Below, piece after piece: positions 9,561-19,719 of a stretch of 64,000 nucleotides of DNA. The DNA is from an uncultured virus (IMG/VR IMGVR_UViG_3300024933_000029) (taxonomy: Duplodnaviria; Heunggongvirae; Uroviricota; Caudoviricetes), in IMG/VR virus record IMGVR_UViG_3300024933_000029, positions 1 to 64,000 of that record; one strand, given 5' to 3'. How positions within the stretch are numbered: the stretch's first letter is position 1; every line of letters begins with the position of its first letter. A program made the translations under genes and the position numbers. The notes beneath the pieces were generated by a model that worked only from the letters and a program-made list of their open reading frames with translations, was not told the DNA's origin and did not search any database.

Positions 9561-10754
9561 TTACTGGCCGGTGCCCACGCGCAGGGCGAAGTCGGCGAAG
9601 TAGCGATCGGTGATGCGCTGGCGAAAGCCCAGGTCCTCCAGCGGGGGCACGGGCGTGTAGTCGTAGTCCAGCACCAGCTTGCCGGCCTTGAGCGTGGCGG
9701 TCTCGTTGACCGTTTCGTCGTACCAGGCCTTGCCGTCCAGGATGTAGCCCAGGGCCTTCAACTCGCGGAACTTGGTGTTGATGCCTTCCAGGATGTCCTT
9801 GACCAGGCTGGGGTGCATGGGCTTGTCCACGGCCCAGAAATGCGCCTCGGCCATGGTGTCGGCCAGCACCTGCGCGGTGCGCACGCTGGACTCGAAGCGG
9901 AACAGCTCGCTGTCCGTGCAGGTGCGCGAGCCCCAGAAGCGGTGGCCCTGGCTCTGGATCAGCGTGGTGATGCCGGCCTGGTTGAGGATGCCGGCCTCGG
10001 TATCGGGGCTTTGCAGGTCCCAGTGCACATCGCGCGAGATGCCCAGCACGCCGGACAGCGGCACGTTGGACAGCGTCTTGTGCCAGCCCTGCTCCTGGTC
10101 GATGCGTGCGCGCAGGCCCAGGGCGTAGGCCACGGGCGAGGCGTCCTGCACGGCGGCGGTGGACAGGTCCAGTGCCTTGAAGCCGGGCCACAGCAGCATC
10201 AGCTCGCGCTGGCCGAAGTGCTCGCGGTAGGCCTGGGCCTCGGCCACATCGTTGCCGATGGCCGCTGCATACGCAAAGCCGCGCAGCTTGATGGCCACGG
10301 ACGCCAGAGCGTCGGTCACGGCCTGGCTGTCCAGGCCCGGCGCGCCCAGAATGCGCGGCTTGACGCCGAGCTGGGCCTGGGCCGCCAGCAGCGCCTGCAG
10401 GCCCGTGTACTGGTTGCCGGCGGTGGTGCCGATGACCTTGGCGTCCTGGTCGGTGCGGCGCTCGGCCTCGGTGGCGCCTTCGCCATCGGCCACGCGCACC
10501 ACGACCAGCACCGGGCGGCACTGCTCCTTGATGGCGTTCAGCGCCTGGGCCAGCGTGCCCTTGGTGCCGGCCTTGCCGATGGCCGCATCGACCTTGGTGA
10601 CCAGCACCGGACGGTTCAGCGGGAAAGTGGCCGCATCGGCGTCGCTGGCCGTGGCCACGAGGCCGATCACGGCCGTGGACACGATGCGGATGGAATTGAT
10701 GCCTTCGCTCACTTCCGTGACGCGAATGCCATGATGGAACGGGGCTGTCGCCAT
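9561..10754 (-). CDS. Contractile tail sheath FI
   Basis: HHGIRVTEV...STAVIGLVATA...GWHKTLSNV...RFWGSRT...DYDYTPVPPLEDL. Confidence 0.94.
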   Translation of the reverse strand: MATAPFHHGIRVTEVSEGINSIRIVSTAVIGLVATASDADAATFPLNRPVLVTKVDAAIGKAGTKGTLAQALNAIKEQCRPVLVVVRVADGEGATEAERRTDQDAKVIGTTAGNQYTGLQALLAAQAQLGVKPRILGAPGLDSQAVTDALASVAIKLRGFAYAAAIGNDVAEAQAYREHFGQRELMLLWPGFKALDLSTAAVQDASPVAYALGLRARIDQEQGWHKTLSNVPLSGVLGISRDVHWDLQSPDTEAGILNQAGITTLIQSQGHRFWGSRTCTDSELFRFESSVRTAQVLADTMAEAHFWAVDKPMHPSLVKDILEGINTKFRELKALGYILDGKAWYDETVNETATLKAGKLVLDYDYTPVPPLEDLGFRQRITDRYFADFALRVGTGQ

Positions 10755-10811
10755 GGTGTTCTCCGGGTTGGGGGGTGGTTGGGCCGTGGGGCTGTCGTCA
10801 AAAAGGGGTGG

Positions 10812-11297
10812 TCACGGCTGTTCGTGGGCTTGTACGGGGCCGTCCAGGATTTCCTGGGCACGCCCCGCGGCGATGAGTCCGAAGGCCTCGAACTGGCGCA
10901 GGCTGTCGGCCAGTTCGGGGTCGTCAAGATCGAGTTGCCGCGCCTGCTCGATGTCCTTGAGCAGCGAGCGCAGCGTGGCCGCGTTGAGCCGGTCGGCCTC
11001 GCCCGCCTCGGCACGGTCCACCACGGCCCACTCCAGCGCCGTGCGCTCGACCACGGTGAAGCGGCGGCGTAGGGCGTGGGGGGTGATGTGGCGGGGGGCG
11101 GGTTCGTTGGACGCTGCCTGGTCTTCAGGCAAGGCTTGCGCCACGTCTTCCCAGTGCGTGCCCGTCCAGCGGCGGCCGAGCACCGAGGTGTCGTAGCGGG
11201 GCAGGGGCAGCAGGTCGGGAGCGTTGAGTTCGGCGTGCGTTTCCGTGATGGCGAAGGCCACGCCGGTGGGGGTGAGCTGGGCGTAGTGGTGGGGCAT
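10812..11297 (-). CDS. Putative tail fibre assembly chaperone
   Basis: Follows fibre-like gene; ALRRRFT...GLIAAGRAQEIL C-terminus seen in fibre-adjacent proteins. Confidence 0.55.
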   Translation of the reverse strand: MPHHYAQLTPTGVAFAITETHAELNAPDLLPLPRYDTSVLGRRWTGTHWEDVAQALPEDQAASNEPAPRHITPHALRRRFTVVERTALEWAVVDRAEAGEADRLNAATLRSLLKDIEQARQLDLDDPELADSLRQFEAFGLIAAGRAQEILDGPVQAHEQP

Positions 11298-11692
11298 TAC
11301 TTGAACTCCACAACTTCCCAGGACAACTCGACGTTGGATGTATACGAGCCAGTAGTGCTTCTCAGAATTTCGATTCTGTTGCTGTCTAGCAATCTCATTC
11401 GAGTCAGGTTCGCAAAGCCGCTATCGCTCGCAGCGTAGTATCCAGTGCTGCCCAGAAATGAGACTAGGCACTTGCTTGGATTCACGGTGGCTATGCTGAT
11501 GACCGTTGGATTCGTTGCGTTGTACAAGATCGAAACGATCCCCCTTTGCACACTCTTGATCACGCTGCTGTTATTGACCTGAGTGGTCAGCCCGGCAATC
11601 TCGATGCGTGCACTTGACACGGCACTGCTCAGCGCAGCAATCTCCGCCCGCGTCTTTACCAGATCGGCACTGATGACGGCATCCAGGCTCAT
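11297..11692 (-). CDS. Putative fibre-tip / receptor-binding protein
   Basis: N-terminal coiled coil then IKSVQRG...SWEVVEF beta domain; visibly lower GC. Confidence 0.55.
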   Translation of the reverse strand: MSLDAVISADLVKTRAEIAALSSAVSSARIEIAGLTTQVNNSSVIKSVQRGIVSILYNATNPTVISIATVNPSKCLVSFLGSTGYYAASDSGFANLTRMRLLDSNRIEILRSTTGSYTSNVELSWEVVEFK

Positions 11693-11839
11693 GCAGGCAC
11701 CTTTGCGCAAGCTGCGGTGTTGGCGGGATCGACAGTGATGGTTTGTGTCATGCTGAAGTTCATGCAGCCAAGGCGGCCTGGTTGTCCTGGCAGGGCCTGC
11801 AGCCTGCAAGGCCGCTGGCGCTGTGCCCGGGTTGCATTG

Positions 11840-11898
11840 ATGTTCTCGCGGCAGGGGCATGGGCGCCAGCGACCTTGGCTGTGCCGGAGGGCTGCACA
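11840..11898 (-). promoter_or_regulatory. Ogr-type late promoter (sheath operon)
   Basis: TGT-N13-ACA at 11880-11898, 34 nt, then GAACAT. Confidence 0.65.
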
Positions 11899-11934
11899 GA
11901 GGCTTGGTTTTGCACCGGTGCGGGATGCAGATCA

Positions 11935-11972
11935 GAAACGGAAAAGCCCCAGCTACGTGTGCGCTGAGGCTT
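11935..11972 (-). terminator. Intrinsic terminator of the baseplate/fibre operon
   Basis: AAGCCTCAGC...GCTGGGGCTT hairpin followed by TTCCGTTTC. Confidence 0.6.
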
Positions 11973-12022
11973 GAAGGGAAGAGCACTATGTGGATGTAAA
12001 GCCCGCGTTTGGCTTCTTGGAA

Positions 12023-12703
12023 TCAGTACTCTTCGATGCGGATGAACCCGCCTGTTGCCGCAACCGGAGGCAAGAAGGTTTTTGATGTGTAGTTGTAGAC
12101 TCCTCCAGCCCCTCCTGCTCCGTAGCCAGTGGCTGCTTGCACCACTCCTGACACGATGCGCGCGCCGGTTCCCATAGTTGAGTTGCCTCCGGTTGCATTC
12201 GTACCCGCCAGCCCGGGGATGACGCCGGTCGCATAGAGCACACCACTCTGCCCATTGGCACCGTTTCCGTCGCCAGCCGGGGACCCCGAATATCCTCCGA
12301 GGGCGATATATCCACCAAGGACAGTCCGTCCGCTGGCGGGTACTCCCACCTCGTATGGGACTGAGGATGGAAGTCTGACGCGGTGTTGCAGTTCGGAGCC
12401 ACCGCCACCACTACCACCACTGTAGTAGCCATAGCTTATTTGGGCACCTGGAGCACCCGATCCGCCCGGACCCATCAGTGTGATGATTTGGTAAGAGCTT
12501 TCAGGCAGAACAGCGTGCGTCCCCGCCCCCGACGTATACTCCGTCACCCTCAGCGGCTTGCGCGCAGCGGCCGTCCCCAAACCGGCCAACGTACTCTCGA
12601 TCTGCGCCAGCTTCGTCGTCAGCGCAGTCGTCTGCGACTGCACCGTGTTGACCTGACCCTGCAGCGCCTTGACGCCTGCATTCGTGATGGGATCGAAACT
12701 CAT
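12023..12703 (-). CDS. Glycine-rich fibre / receptor-binding-like protein
   Basis: N-terminal coiled coil, GPGGSG/GGSGGGG/GYGAGGAGG, ends GFIRIEEY; atypical codon usage. Confidence 0.6.
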   Translation of the reverse strand: MSFDPITNAGVKALQGQVNTVQSQTTALTTKLAQIESTLAGLGTAAARKPLRVTEYTSGAGTHAVLPESSYQIITLMGPGGSGAPGAQISYGYYSGGSGGGGSELQHRVRLPSSVPYEVGVPASGRTVLGGYIALGGYSGSPAGDGNGANGQSGVLYATGVIPGLAGTNATGGNSTMGTGARIVSGVVQAATGYGAGGAGGVYNYTSKTFLPPVAATGGFIRIEEY

Positions 12704-13239
12704 CCCTGTACCTCCGTCGCATTGACCCCCGACACCCGCCCCGTGGCGGCGTCGTAGGCATAGGTTTCCGTGCGCACGCGCCCGCGGTAGCTGGTCTGCT
12801 GCTGGGAGACGCGGCCGGCGCCGTCGTAGCTGACGGCGGTGGTGGCGCTGAAGCCGTTGACGCTGCGCGTGATGCTGCTGATGCGGCCCTGGGCGTCGTA
12901 GCCGAAGCTTTCGCTGGTGGCGCCGTTGGCCGGGCCCAGCGCGATGTGCTCGGGATTGAGCTTGAGGTTGACGCCGGCCACGCCATTGACGCTGGCCACC
13001 TTGCCTGTGCTCAGGGCCTGGGTCGCGGTCTCCAGCTGCTCTATGCGGCGGGCCACGATGTCCATGGCGTCCTGCACGCCCTGGGAGCTGGCCTTGGTGT
13101 CGATGAGCTGGCGCGCTGCGGTCAGCGCCTGGTCCACGTCCTGCACGGCCTGGCGCAGGCGCAGCACGTCGTCTTCCAGGCGGTTGTCGGGGTGGGGCAG
13201 GGGCCAGCCCTGCGCTGTCTTGTCGTCGTGCAATGTCAT
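12700..13239 (-). CDS. Tail-associated protein with short YD-like repeats
   Basis: PLPHPDNRLEDDVLRLR, VASVNG, YDAQGR/YDGAGR/YDAATGR. Confidence 0.6.
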   Translation of the reverse strand: MTLHDDKTAQGWPLPHPDNRLEDDVLRLRQAVQDVDQALTAARQLIDTKASSQGVQDAMDIVARRIEQLETATQALSTGKVASVNGVAGVNLKLNPEHIALGPANGATSESFGYDAQGRISSITRSVNGFSATTAVSYDGAGRVSQQQTSYRGRVRTETYAYDAATGRVSGVNATEVQG

Positions 13240-16200
13240 ATCACGATGGCTCGCAGGTTGGTGACCTGGGGACGGGCGCCGTGGCTGCCCGTGAGGACCA
13301 AGCGGACACGCAGGCGCTCAGCGCTGATGCCGGTGAGGCGGTAGCTCAGCTCCAGCACGCCTGCGGTCTGGGGCTGGTGCTCAGGTAGGGCACGTTGGTC
13401 CAGGCGCTGCTGCCTTCGGCCTGCATCTGCACGGCCAGGGCGCTGCCGGCGGGCAGCACGGCCTCGGCCACGACGTTGAGCGTGACGTTGGTGCCGGCGT
13501 TGATGGCGGGGCTGATGTAGTCGCCCGTGGCCTGCAGGCTGCCGGCCACCAGCTGCATGCCCGGCAGCAGGTGGGCCGCGTGGTTGGTATTGCCGGAGAG
13601 CTTGGCGCGCACGGCCACGTTGCCGCTGTAGCGGCTGGCCAATTGCACGGGCTGCCCTGCAGCGGCCTCGAGCGTGGTGCCGTCCTCCAACTGCATGGCG
13701 AAGACCAGTTGCGCGTCGGCCGCGGGCAGCATGGCGCCGGCCTGGACCATGAGGTCGGTGGCGTCCTGCACGGCGATGCTGCCCAGCTCGATGGTGCGCG
13801 TGTTGGCCGTGTGTTCGGTCGCCAGCAGCTCGAATGCCAGGTCGCGTGTCTGGTGCGGTGTCCAGGTGCTGGCGTTGCTGCTGGACAGCAGCACGCCCAC
13901 GCTGTAGGGCTGGCTGGTGACCCACTGGGCACGTGCGGCGTCCCAGCCGCCCAGCTCGGCCACAGCCAGGGCCGTGGTGTTGTCGTTGGTCAGCACGACG
14001 ATGGCGTATTCGACACCGGACTCCAGCAACGCAGGTGCCCATTGCGCCTGGGTGGGCTTGGCGCCAGCGATGTCGGCCTGGATCTGTGCGGGCTTGAGCA
14101 CGCATTCCGCCAGGATGCTGCGCGATGGCACACCGCCGGTGACTTCGCGCAGCTGTACCTGCACATCCTTGTCACCCACGGTAGAGAACCACAGGCGCGT
14201 GCCGCAGATCTCCCGGGTGGAGCTCAGCGTGAACGTCTGGGCCAGCGGGTCGTAGATCTGGACAGTGATCTTGGACACGCTGCGTTCGAGCAGTTGGCCC
14301 TGGCCGGTGAAGACGGCTTCGGCGTGGCTGCCGGCGCGGCCTGTGAAGCGCACGCTCTTGGTGCCCGAGGGCACGCCCGCCGGGATCTTGAACTTGCCCT
14401 TCAGGCCCTGGGCCGTGGCCACGAGCGTGCCGCCTGCCAGCGGCTGGGGCGTTACGGCAATACCACCAAAAATCAGCTCGGTGAGGGTTTCGCCCAGCGG
14501 GAAATCCAGCCAGAACTGCACCTCGATCTGCCGCAGATGCTCCAGTGCCGAAGTGGACTCGGACAGCAGCTTCTGGGTCTCCGTGGGACGCGCCTGGCTG
14601 GGTGTGAGCCAGACCAGGATGGGGTTGGCCCACTGGGTCTGCACGTCGGTCCAGTAGTCCACGGCGGGTGTCAGGGTGGCGGCGCTTGGCAGAACGTCGA
14701 AGGCGCCGTATGGGTTGACCAGCATCGTGCCGGTGCGCCCCAGCTGGCCCAGCACGGACACGGGCTGGTAGGGCGTGGTCTGGGGCGAGGTGATGTCGGT
14801 GCCGATCTGGTGCAGCGCGGCGTTCATGGGCAGTTGCAACTGGCCGCCCAGAATGTGGGCGGACTGGCTGCGCCCTGCATCGCGCAGGCCGTTGTCGATC
14901 ATGGGATCCGCAAACAACCCCTTCTTGACCCCGCTGTGCCGCCCCGACACGTCCACCGACAGCCGCAGCTCGGCCAGGTCGGCGTAGATGGTCTGGATGT
15001 GGTCCTGGTAGGCCTTGAGGGTCTGCATGGGCACGACGCGCACGGCGTCCTGGTCCACGCGGCGGTTGCTGTCCCAGCTTTGGTAGACCGAGGCCAGGGC
15101 CAGGGTGCCGCTGGGGGCGGCCGGAACCTTGGGCGACCAGGCGGCGGGCACGCCGGGCACCCACTGCAGCTGGCCTTCGCTGTTGAGCACCAGGCGGTCG
15201 TAGCGGCGCAGCGCGTAGTGGTAGCTGACCAGCACCAGGGTGTCCTTGAGCGCGCCTTCCACGGTGAAGCCCGTGGAGTCCACGGCCGTGGGCGTGGCGT
15301 TGAGCATGTACTGGTAGGTGACCTGGTAGGTGCTGCCGGGCACGGGCTCGGCGCCCGAGGGGCTCCAGTCGATCTGGCCGCCCACCAGCTTCCAGTCCGT
15401 GCCCTGCACGTAGGTGGTGCCAGCCTGGACCACGCTGTCCACGGCCAGTACGGCGTTGTCGGGCAGCGGGTCGGCCGCGCCCGTGAAGCCGCCGTGCGTG
15501 AGCGTGACGGTCTTGCGGGCCTGCACGCGCACCTGGGGTGTGCCAACAGCGGGCTGGCGGTCGAAGCGGATGCGCTGGGCGGCCGTGCCGGCCGAGGTGT
15601 GGGGCTCGCTGTCCACGAAGAACAGGTCGGGCTTGGCCTCGTAGACCAGGCGGCGGCTGGCACCCAGTTCCAGCGGATGGCCGTTGACGCGGGCGGCGCC
15701 CTCGCGCACGGTGTAGACCTGCTGGCCGGTGGCCAGGTCCTCGCCCATGATTACGTCCAGGCCGCGCACCACGTAGGTGCCGCCCGCGCTGTCGCGGTCA
15801 TAGCGGGCCAGGGCCTGGGTGACGGCATCGATGTTGGGCGGCGGCTCCTTGGGCATGACGGAGCCGTCGATGATGGTCCACACGGGATAGAAGGTGCCGG
15901 CCGTGCCGTCGCCCTGCGCACCCCAGACCAGGGTCACGCGCTCGCGCAGCGCACCGGGCTCGCCATAGCCGCGCGTGCCGGCGGCGGGGTTGAGCAGTTC
16001 GGGGTCCTGCAGCTCGGTGACGGTGTCGGTCTGCAGGTAGGCGCCCACGTAGACCGTGCCCACGGTGGCCACGGTGAGCGTGCCCGGCGTGATGCCGCGC
16101 ACGGCGCCGGCCACGTAGAGTGCGCCGGCCTCGATGGTGGTGGCGCCCGTGTCCGCGGAGGTGATGCACTGGCAGCCGCGGACGATGTCGCCCTCCTTGA

Positions 16201-16351
16201 ACAGCACATCTGTGATGCCGCGCAGGCGGTGCTGCTGCATGCTCTGCAGCTCGTTGAGTTCGGCCGATTGCAGCACGCGGTCGGCCGCGAACTGCAGCCT
16301 GTCGTAGCGCTTGCCGGCGTCGAAGCGGTCGTAGATCTTGGTCTGGCTCAT
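13236..16351 (-). CDS. Large DUF4815-like tail/baseplate protein, frameshifted near the 3' end
   Basis: N-terminus YDRFD...RVLQSAELNELQ; ORF stops at 13346 but a natural-looking C-terminus continues to 13236 in another frame. Confidence 0.7.
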
Positions 16352-16361
16352 GGGGTGCCGT

Positions 16362-16847
16362 TCAGAAGGGGAGGATGATTTCTTCGACCTGGCGCACGCT
16401 GCCGCTGCGCAGAATTCGGGGGCGGCGCTCCAGCGTGTACAGCTCGCCCTTGCCGGTCAGCTGGCTGGCCAGCACCCAGCGCTGGCCGGGCGGCACGTCC
16501 GTGGCGACCTGGGTGCCGAAGAACACGCCCATCTCGCGCACGTCCTCGCCCTTGGCATCGTCGAAGCCGAAGGCCGCACGCAGGTAGACGAAGGTGGTGG
16601 GTGTGTCGCTGACGCTGTAGCGCGCGCCGCTGGGCAGCTCGATCTCGCCGTTGTCGTCCGGCCGCGCAAAGCGCACCTCGGTGACAAGGCGGCGGCCGAT
16701 TTCGTCGACCAGGGCGTTGGCGGTGATGGGTTCGGGCTCGGGCGCGGCATCCCAGGCGGGCAGGCCGCGGCCCCAGGCGATGTGGATGGTCTGGGCGGCG
16801 ACGGCCTTGGCGAGGGCGATGCGGCCCGCTTGCTGCAGAACTGCCAT
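16362..16847 (-). CDS. Baseplate/tail accessory protein
   Basis: 161 aa between gpI and the large tail gene; GRIALA...HIAWGRG. Confidence 0.6.
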   Translation of the reverse strand: MAVLQQAGRIALAKAVAAQTIHIAWGRGLPAWDAAPEPEPITANALVDEIGRRLVTEVRFARPDDNGEIELPSGARYSVSDTPTTFVYLRAAFGFDDAKGEDVREMGVFFGTQVATDVPPGQRWVLASQLTGKGELYTLERRPRILRSGSVRQVEEIILPF

Positions 16848-16849
16848 GT

Positions 16850-17830
16850 TCAGGGTTCCTCGGGTTCTTCGGTGGTGGTGGTGCGGGTTTCGAAGGATCG
16901 GCGCCAGGGCGTGCTGTCCCAGCGTCCGGTCCAGGTACGGGTGTTGTCGTGCGGGCGCTCGGTGCTGGCCCAGGGGTGCAGACTGGCCAGGGCCAGCGGT
17001 GCGGGCGCCGTCCAGGCGCTGTGGGTGGCCATGGCCTGGGCGGGAATGGGGCGCAGCGGCGCGTAGTAGGCGGGCTCGCCCGTGGTGGTGGCGTTGACTT
17101 CGGTGATGCCCAGGCTGGCGTCGATCAGGATCTCGCTGTCCAGCGTCCAGGCATCGAGCAGCATGCGGTCGGCATAGGTGGCGATGGTGGTGACGCGGAA
17201 CAGCTGGGCCGTGAGCACGCCGTCCGAAGGCGGTGCCTCGGTGCCGGTGCGGCGGGGCAGGCCCTGGCTGAGCTTGACGGGTTCGCCATACGGCGACACA
17301 TCGATCCAGGTGCCGCTGTCGTTGTCCAGCATGCCGGCGTCCAGGCCCGGGCCGTGGTCCAGCCGCAGCGGGCGCAGATCGTGGCCGTGGAAGACGCGGT
17401 AAAAGCGCACGTGCGCCGGCAGGCTGGCGCGCACCACATGGGCCACGCTGGCCAGCTCTGCGTCGCCGATGATGCGGCCCAGGTCCAGGTGCAGCCAGGC
17501 ACCATCCTCGTCGAGCTGCGCGCCGTCATATCCCAGCCAGCCCAGCGCACGCTGCAGGGACGCGGCCGTGCCGCGCTCGCGCAGCCAGGGCAGGCCGTTG
17601 GCGATGAGTGCGGGTACGTCTTCGAAGTAGCGGTCGAACTGGGCAATGCCCCATTCGGCCGCCAGCCAGGGCAGAAAGGCCGCAGGCTCGCCCTGGGCCG
17701 GCGCGGGAAAGGCGCCGGCCAGGCCGTCCCAATTCGGGACGACCTGGTCCACGGCCTTCTCCAGCGCCGTGGCGTTGGGCGGCAGCACGTGGCGGCGGGG
17801 CGCCGTCGGGACGATGGCGGCGGTGCTCAT
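16850..17830 (-). CDS. Baseplate wedge / tail protein I
   Basis: LPPNATALE...FLPWLAAEWG...RGTAASLQRAL. Confidence 0.8.
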   Translation of the reverse strand: MSTAAIVPTAPRRHVLPPNATALEKAVDQVVPNWDGLAGAFPAPAQGEPAAFLPWLAAEWGIAQFDRYFEDVPALIANGLPWLRERGTAASLQRALGWLGYDGAQLDEDGAWLHLDLGRIIGDAELASVAHVVRASLPAHVRFYRVFHGHDLRPLRLDHGPGLDAGMLDNDSGTWIDVSPYGEPVKLSQGLPRRTGTEAPPSDGVLTAQLFRVTTIATYADRMLLDAWTLDSEILIDASLGITEVNATTTGEPAYYAPLRPIPAQAMATHSAWTAPAPLALASLHPWASTERPHDNTRTWTGRWDSTPWRRSFETRTTTTEEPEEP

Positions 17831-18684
17831 GCCTGCAGGCCCTCGTCCACCAGCTGGACGCGGCCCAGCACCGGGTATTCGTCGGCGGCCAGCGGCGTGA
17901 GTTCGGCCGGGGCCTGGGCGTCGGGGTAGGTGACGCGGGCAATGCCGTCCACATGCAGGCGCGTGGTGATCCACGAGCGCGGCACATCGCGGCCCAGCAG
18001 CGCGTAGGCTGCAATCTGGGCGGCCAGGCCGGCCTGCAGGCGCGCCACGATATCCACGGGCGCACCGGGCTCGCGCAGCAGGTGCGCCGTGATGTCGATG
18101 GGGTGCGGGCGCGCCAGCGATACCGACACGGGTACGCCCAGCGGCCGCGCGCCTGGCGCATTGAGGGCCGACAGCACGATGGCCAGGGTCTCTTCGGCCT
18201 GTGCGGGCTCGACCAGCCACAGCTGCACGCTCACGCGGCCGGGCTGGGGTTGCGTGGCAATGGCGCTGTGCACATTGGCGCTGGCCGTCATGGCCAGGTG
18301 CTCGTAGTGCTCTGCCGTTCCGCTGCCGGCCAGCGCGCGCACGCGCAGCAGGATGCGCTGGCGGTAGCGTTCGTCGCTTTCCCCGGGCATTCGGGCCACG
18401 TCATAGAAGGCGCCCTTGTGGTCCAGGTCCGAGCCCTGGGCGAACGCAATCAGGTGCGCACGCGCGGCATCATTGACGCGCGCCCGGTACAGCAGCTCGC
18501 GGTAGGCGTGCGCCTCCAGCAGCTTGTTGAGCGGCTCGCTCTCCAGCGCCAGGACTTCGGCGGCCTCCGGGTGGCGCGCCAGCAGATCGGCGCGGTGGGC
18601 GTCGAGGATGCGCTCGAAATCCAGCGTCTCGACGACGCCGGGCGGCGGCAGGGCGTCCAGTGCAGGGGTCATGTCTTGCTTCAT
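17827..18684 (-). CDS. Baseplate protein J
   Basis: LPPPGVVETLDFE...LESEPL...AYRELLYRARVNDAA. Confidence 0.9.
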   Translation of the reverse strand: MKQDMTPALDALPPPGVVETLDFERILDAHRADLLARHPEAAEVLALESEPLNKLLEAHAYRELLYRARVNDAARAHLIAFAQGSDLDHKGAFYDVARMPGESDERYRQRILLRVRALAGSGTAEHYEHLAMTASANVHSAIATQPQPGRVSVQLWLVEPAQAEETLAIVLSALNAPGARPLGVPVSVSLARPHPIDITAHLLREPGAPVDIVARLQAGLAAQIAAYALLGRDVPRSWITTRLHVDGIARVTYPDAQAPAELTPLAADEYPVLGRVQLVDEGLQA

Positions 18685-19031
18685 GAAAGGGTGCGGGCGA
18701 TGGGCATCTGCAGGCTCAGCGGTGCCGGGCGGCGCGTGTTGTTGAAGGTGCCGATCAGCGTCAGGTCGGCGCGCCCGGGTGCGGCCGGATCGCGCTCGAT
18801 CACGATGCGCGTCAGCCGGATGCGCGGCTCCCATCGCATCAGCGCGCTGGCCACGGCGGCGCGCAGGCGCGCCTGGGTGGCGTTGTTGTCGGGCTGGTCC
18901 AGCAGCGCCGGGACCAGCGATCCATAGTCGCGGCGCATCACGCGCGAGCCGATGGGCGTGGACAGGATGTCGGCCACGCTCTGGCGCAGATGCTCCATGC
19001 CCTCAATGCGGCGGCCTGTATGGCGGTTCAT
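18681..19031 (-). CDS. Baseplate protein W (gp25-like)
   Basis: HLRQSVADILSTPIGSRVMRRDYGS...WEPRI. Confidence 0.92.
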   Translation of the reverse strand: MNRHTGRRIEGMEHLRQSVADILSTPIGSRVMRRDYGSLVPALLDQPDNNATQARLRAAVASALMRWEPRIRLTRIVIERDPAAPGRADLTLIGTFNNTRRPAPLSLQMPIARTLS

Positions 19032-19633
19032 AGCGGCCCCTGCGTGATGGCGTCGCCCGCCCTGACGCCACCATGGCGATGGCGCAGCAGGCTGATGGGG
19101 CCGGTGGTCACGTCGGGCGCGCCGGCCAGGCCTTGCGCATTGACGGTGGCCGATCCGCCACCGGCCTGCAGGCTGATGCCTTGCTCGTCGATGCTGATCA
19201 CCGAGTTGCCCACGCGCAGCGTGATGCCGTGGGCCACGTTGATGTTGAGACGGCCCGTGGTGCTGTCGTGCTCCATGAAATCGGTGGGGCTCCACTGCGT
19301 GTGGCACACCCCTTCGCGGTCGCTGGGCTGGGCTGCGGCGCTGCTGTAGATGCCGGTCAGCGCCACGGCGCCCAGCAGGTCGCCGCCGGGCGACAGCAGC
19401 ACGCACTGCTCGCCCACGGCAGGCGGCCACCAGACGCTGGCGTTCTCGCCCGCGGCGCGCAGGGCCAGCCAGGGAATCCAGTTGGTGGTCAGGTTGCCGG
19501 TCTTGACGCGGCAGCGCGCAGGGCGCGCATGGCGGACTGCGGCGATGGTGCCCGTGCGGATCAGCCCTTCCAGGCGGCGGATGATCTCGTACGGGCTCTC
19601 GGTTTGTGCGACGGGCGAATCCATGGCGTTCAT
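19028..19633 (-). CDS. Baseplate spike V (start may be 19624)
   Basis: LIRTGTI...WIPW...WWPPAVGEQ...HRHGGV. Confidence 0.9.
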   Translation of the reverse strand: MNAMDSPVAQTESPYEIIRRLEGLIRTGTIAAVRHARPARCRVKTGNLTTNWIPWLALRAAGENASVWWPPAVGEQCVLLSPGGDLLGAVALTGIYSSAAAQPSDREGVCHTQWSPTDFMEHDSTTGRLNINVAHGITLRVGNSVISIDEQGISLQAGGGSATVNAQGLAGAPDVTTGPISLLRHRHGGVRAGDAITQGPL

Positions 19634-19690
19634 GGTGCCGGCCGGGCCCTTGCGTGTCGCCGTGTGCCGGGCGTGGCGCACGCCGCCACA
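19632..19690 (-). promoter_or_regulatory. Ogr-type late promoter (V operon)
   Basis: TGT-N13-ACG dyad at 19672-19690, 34 nt, then CACCAT. Confidence 0.6.
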
Positions 19691-19719
19691 TGCAGCCCGG
19701 CATGGAGCAGGGCCACGCC

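Noticed and set aside
12700..13239. Rhs toxin suggested by YD repeats
   Set aside because: Only about three repeats, no Rhs core or toxin/immunity pair
10812..13239. DGR or invertible fibre shufflon
   Set aside because: No reverse transcriptase, invertase, template repeat or flanking inverted repeats seen
361..16378. Long plus-strand ORFs (e.g. 361-2931, 8853-11072, 13571-16378)
   Set aside because: Shadow ORFs antisense to recognisable genes in high-GC DNA
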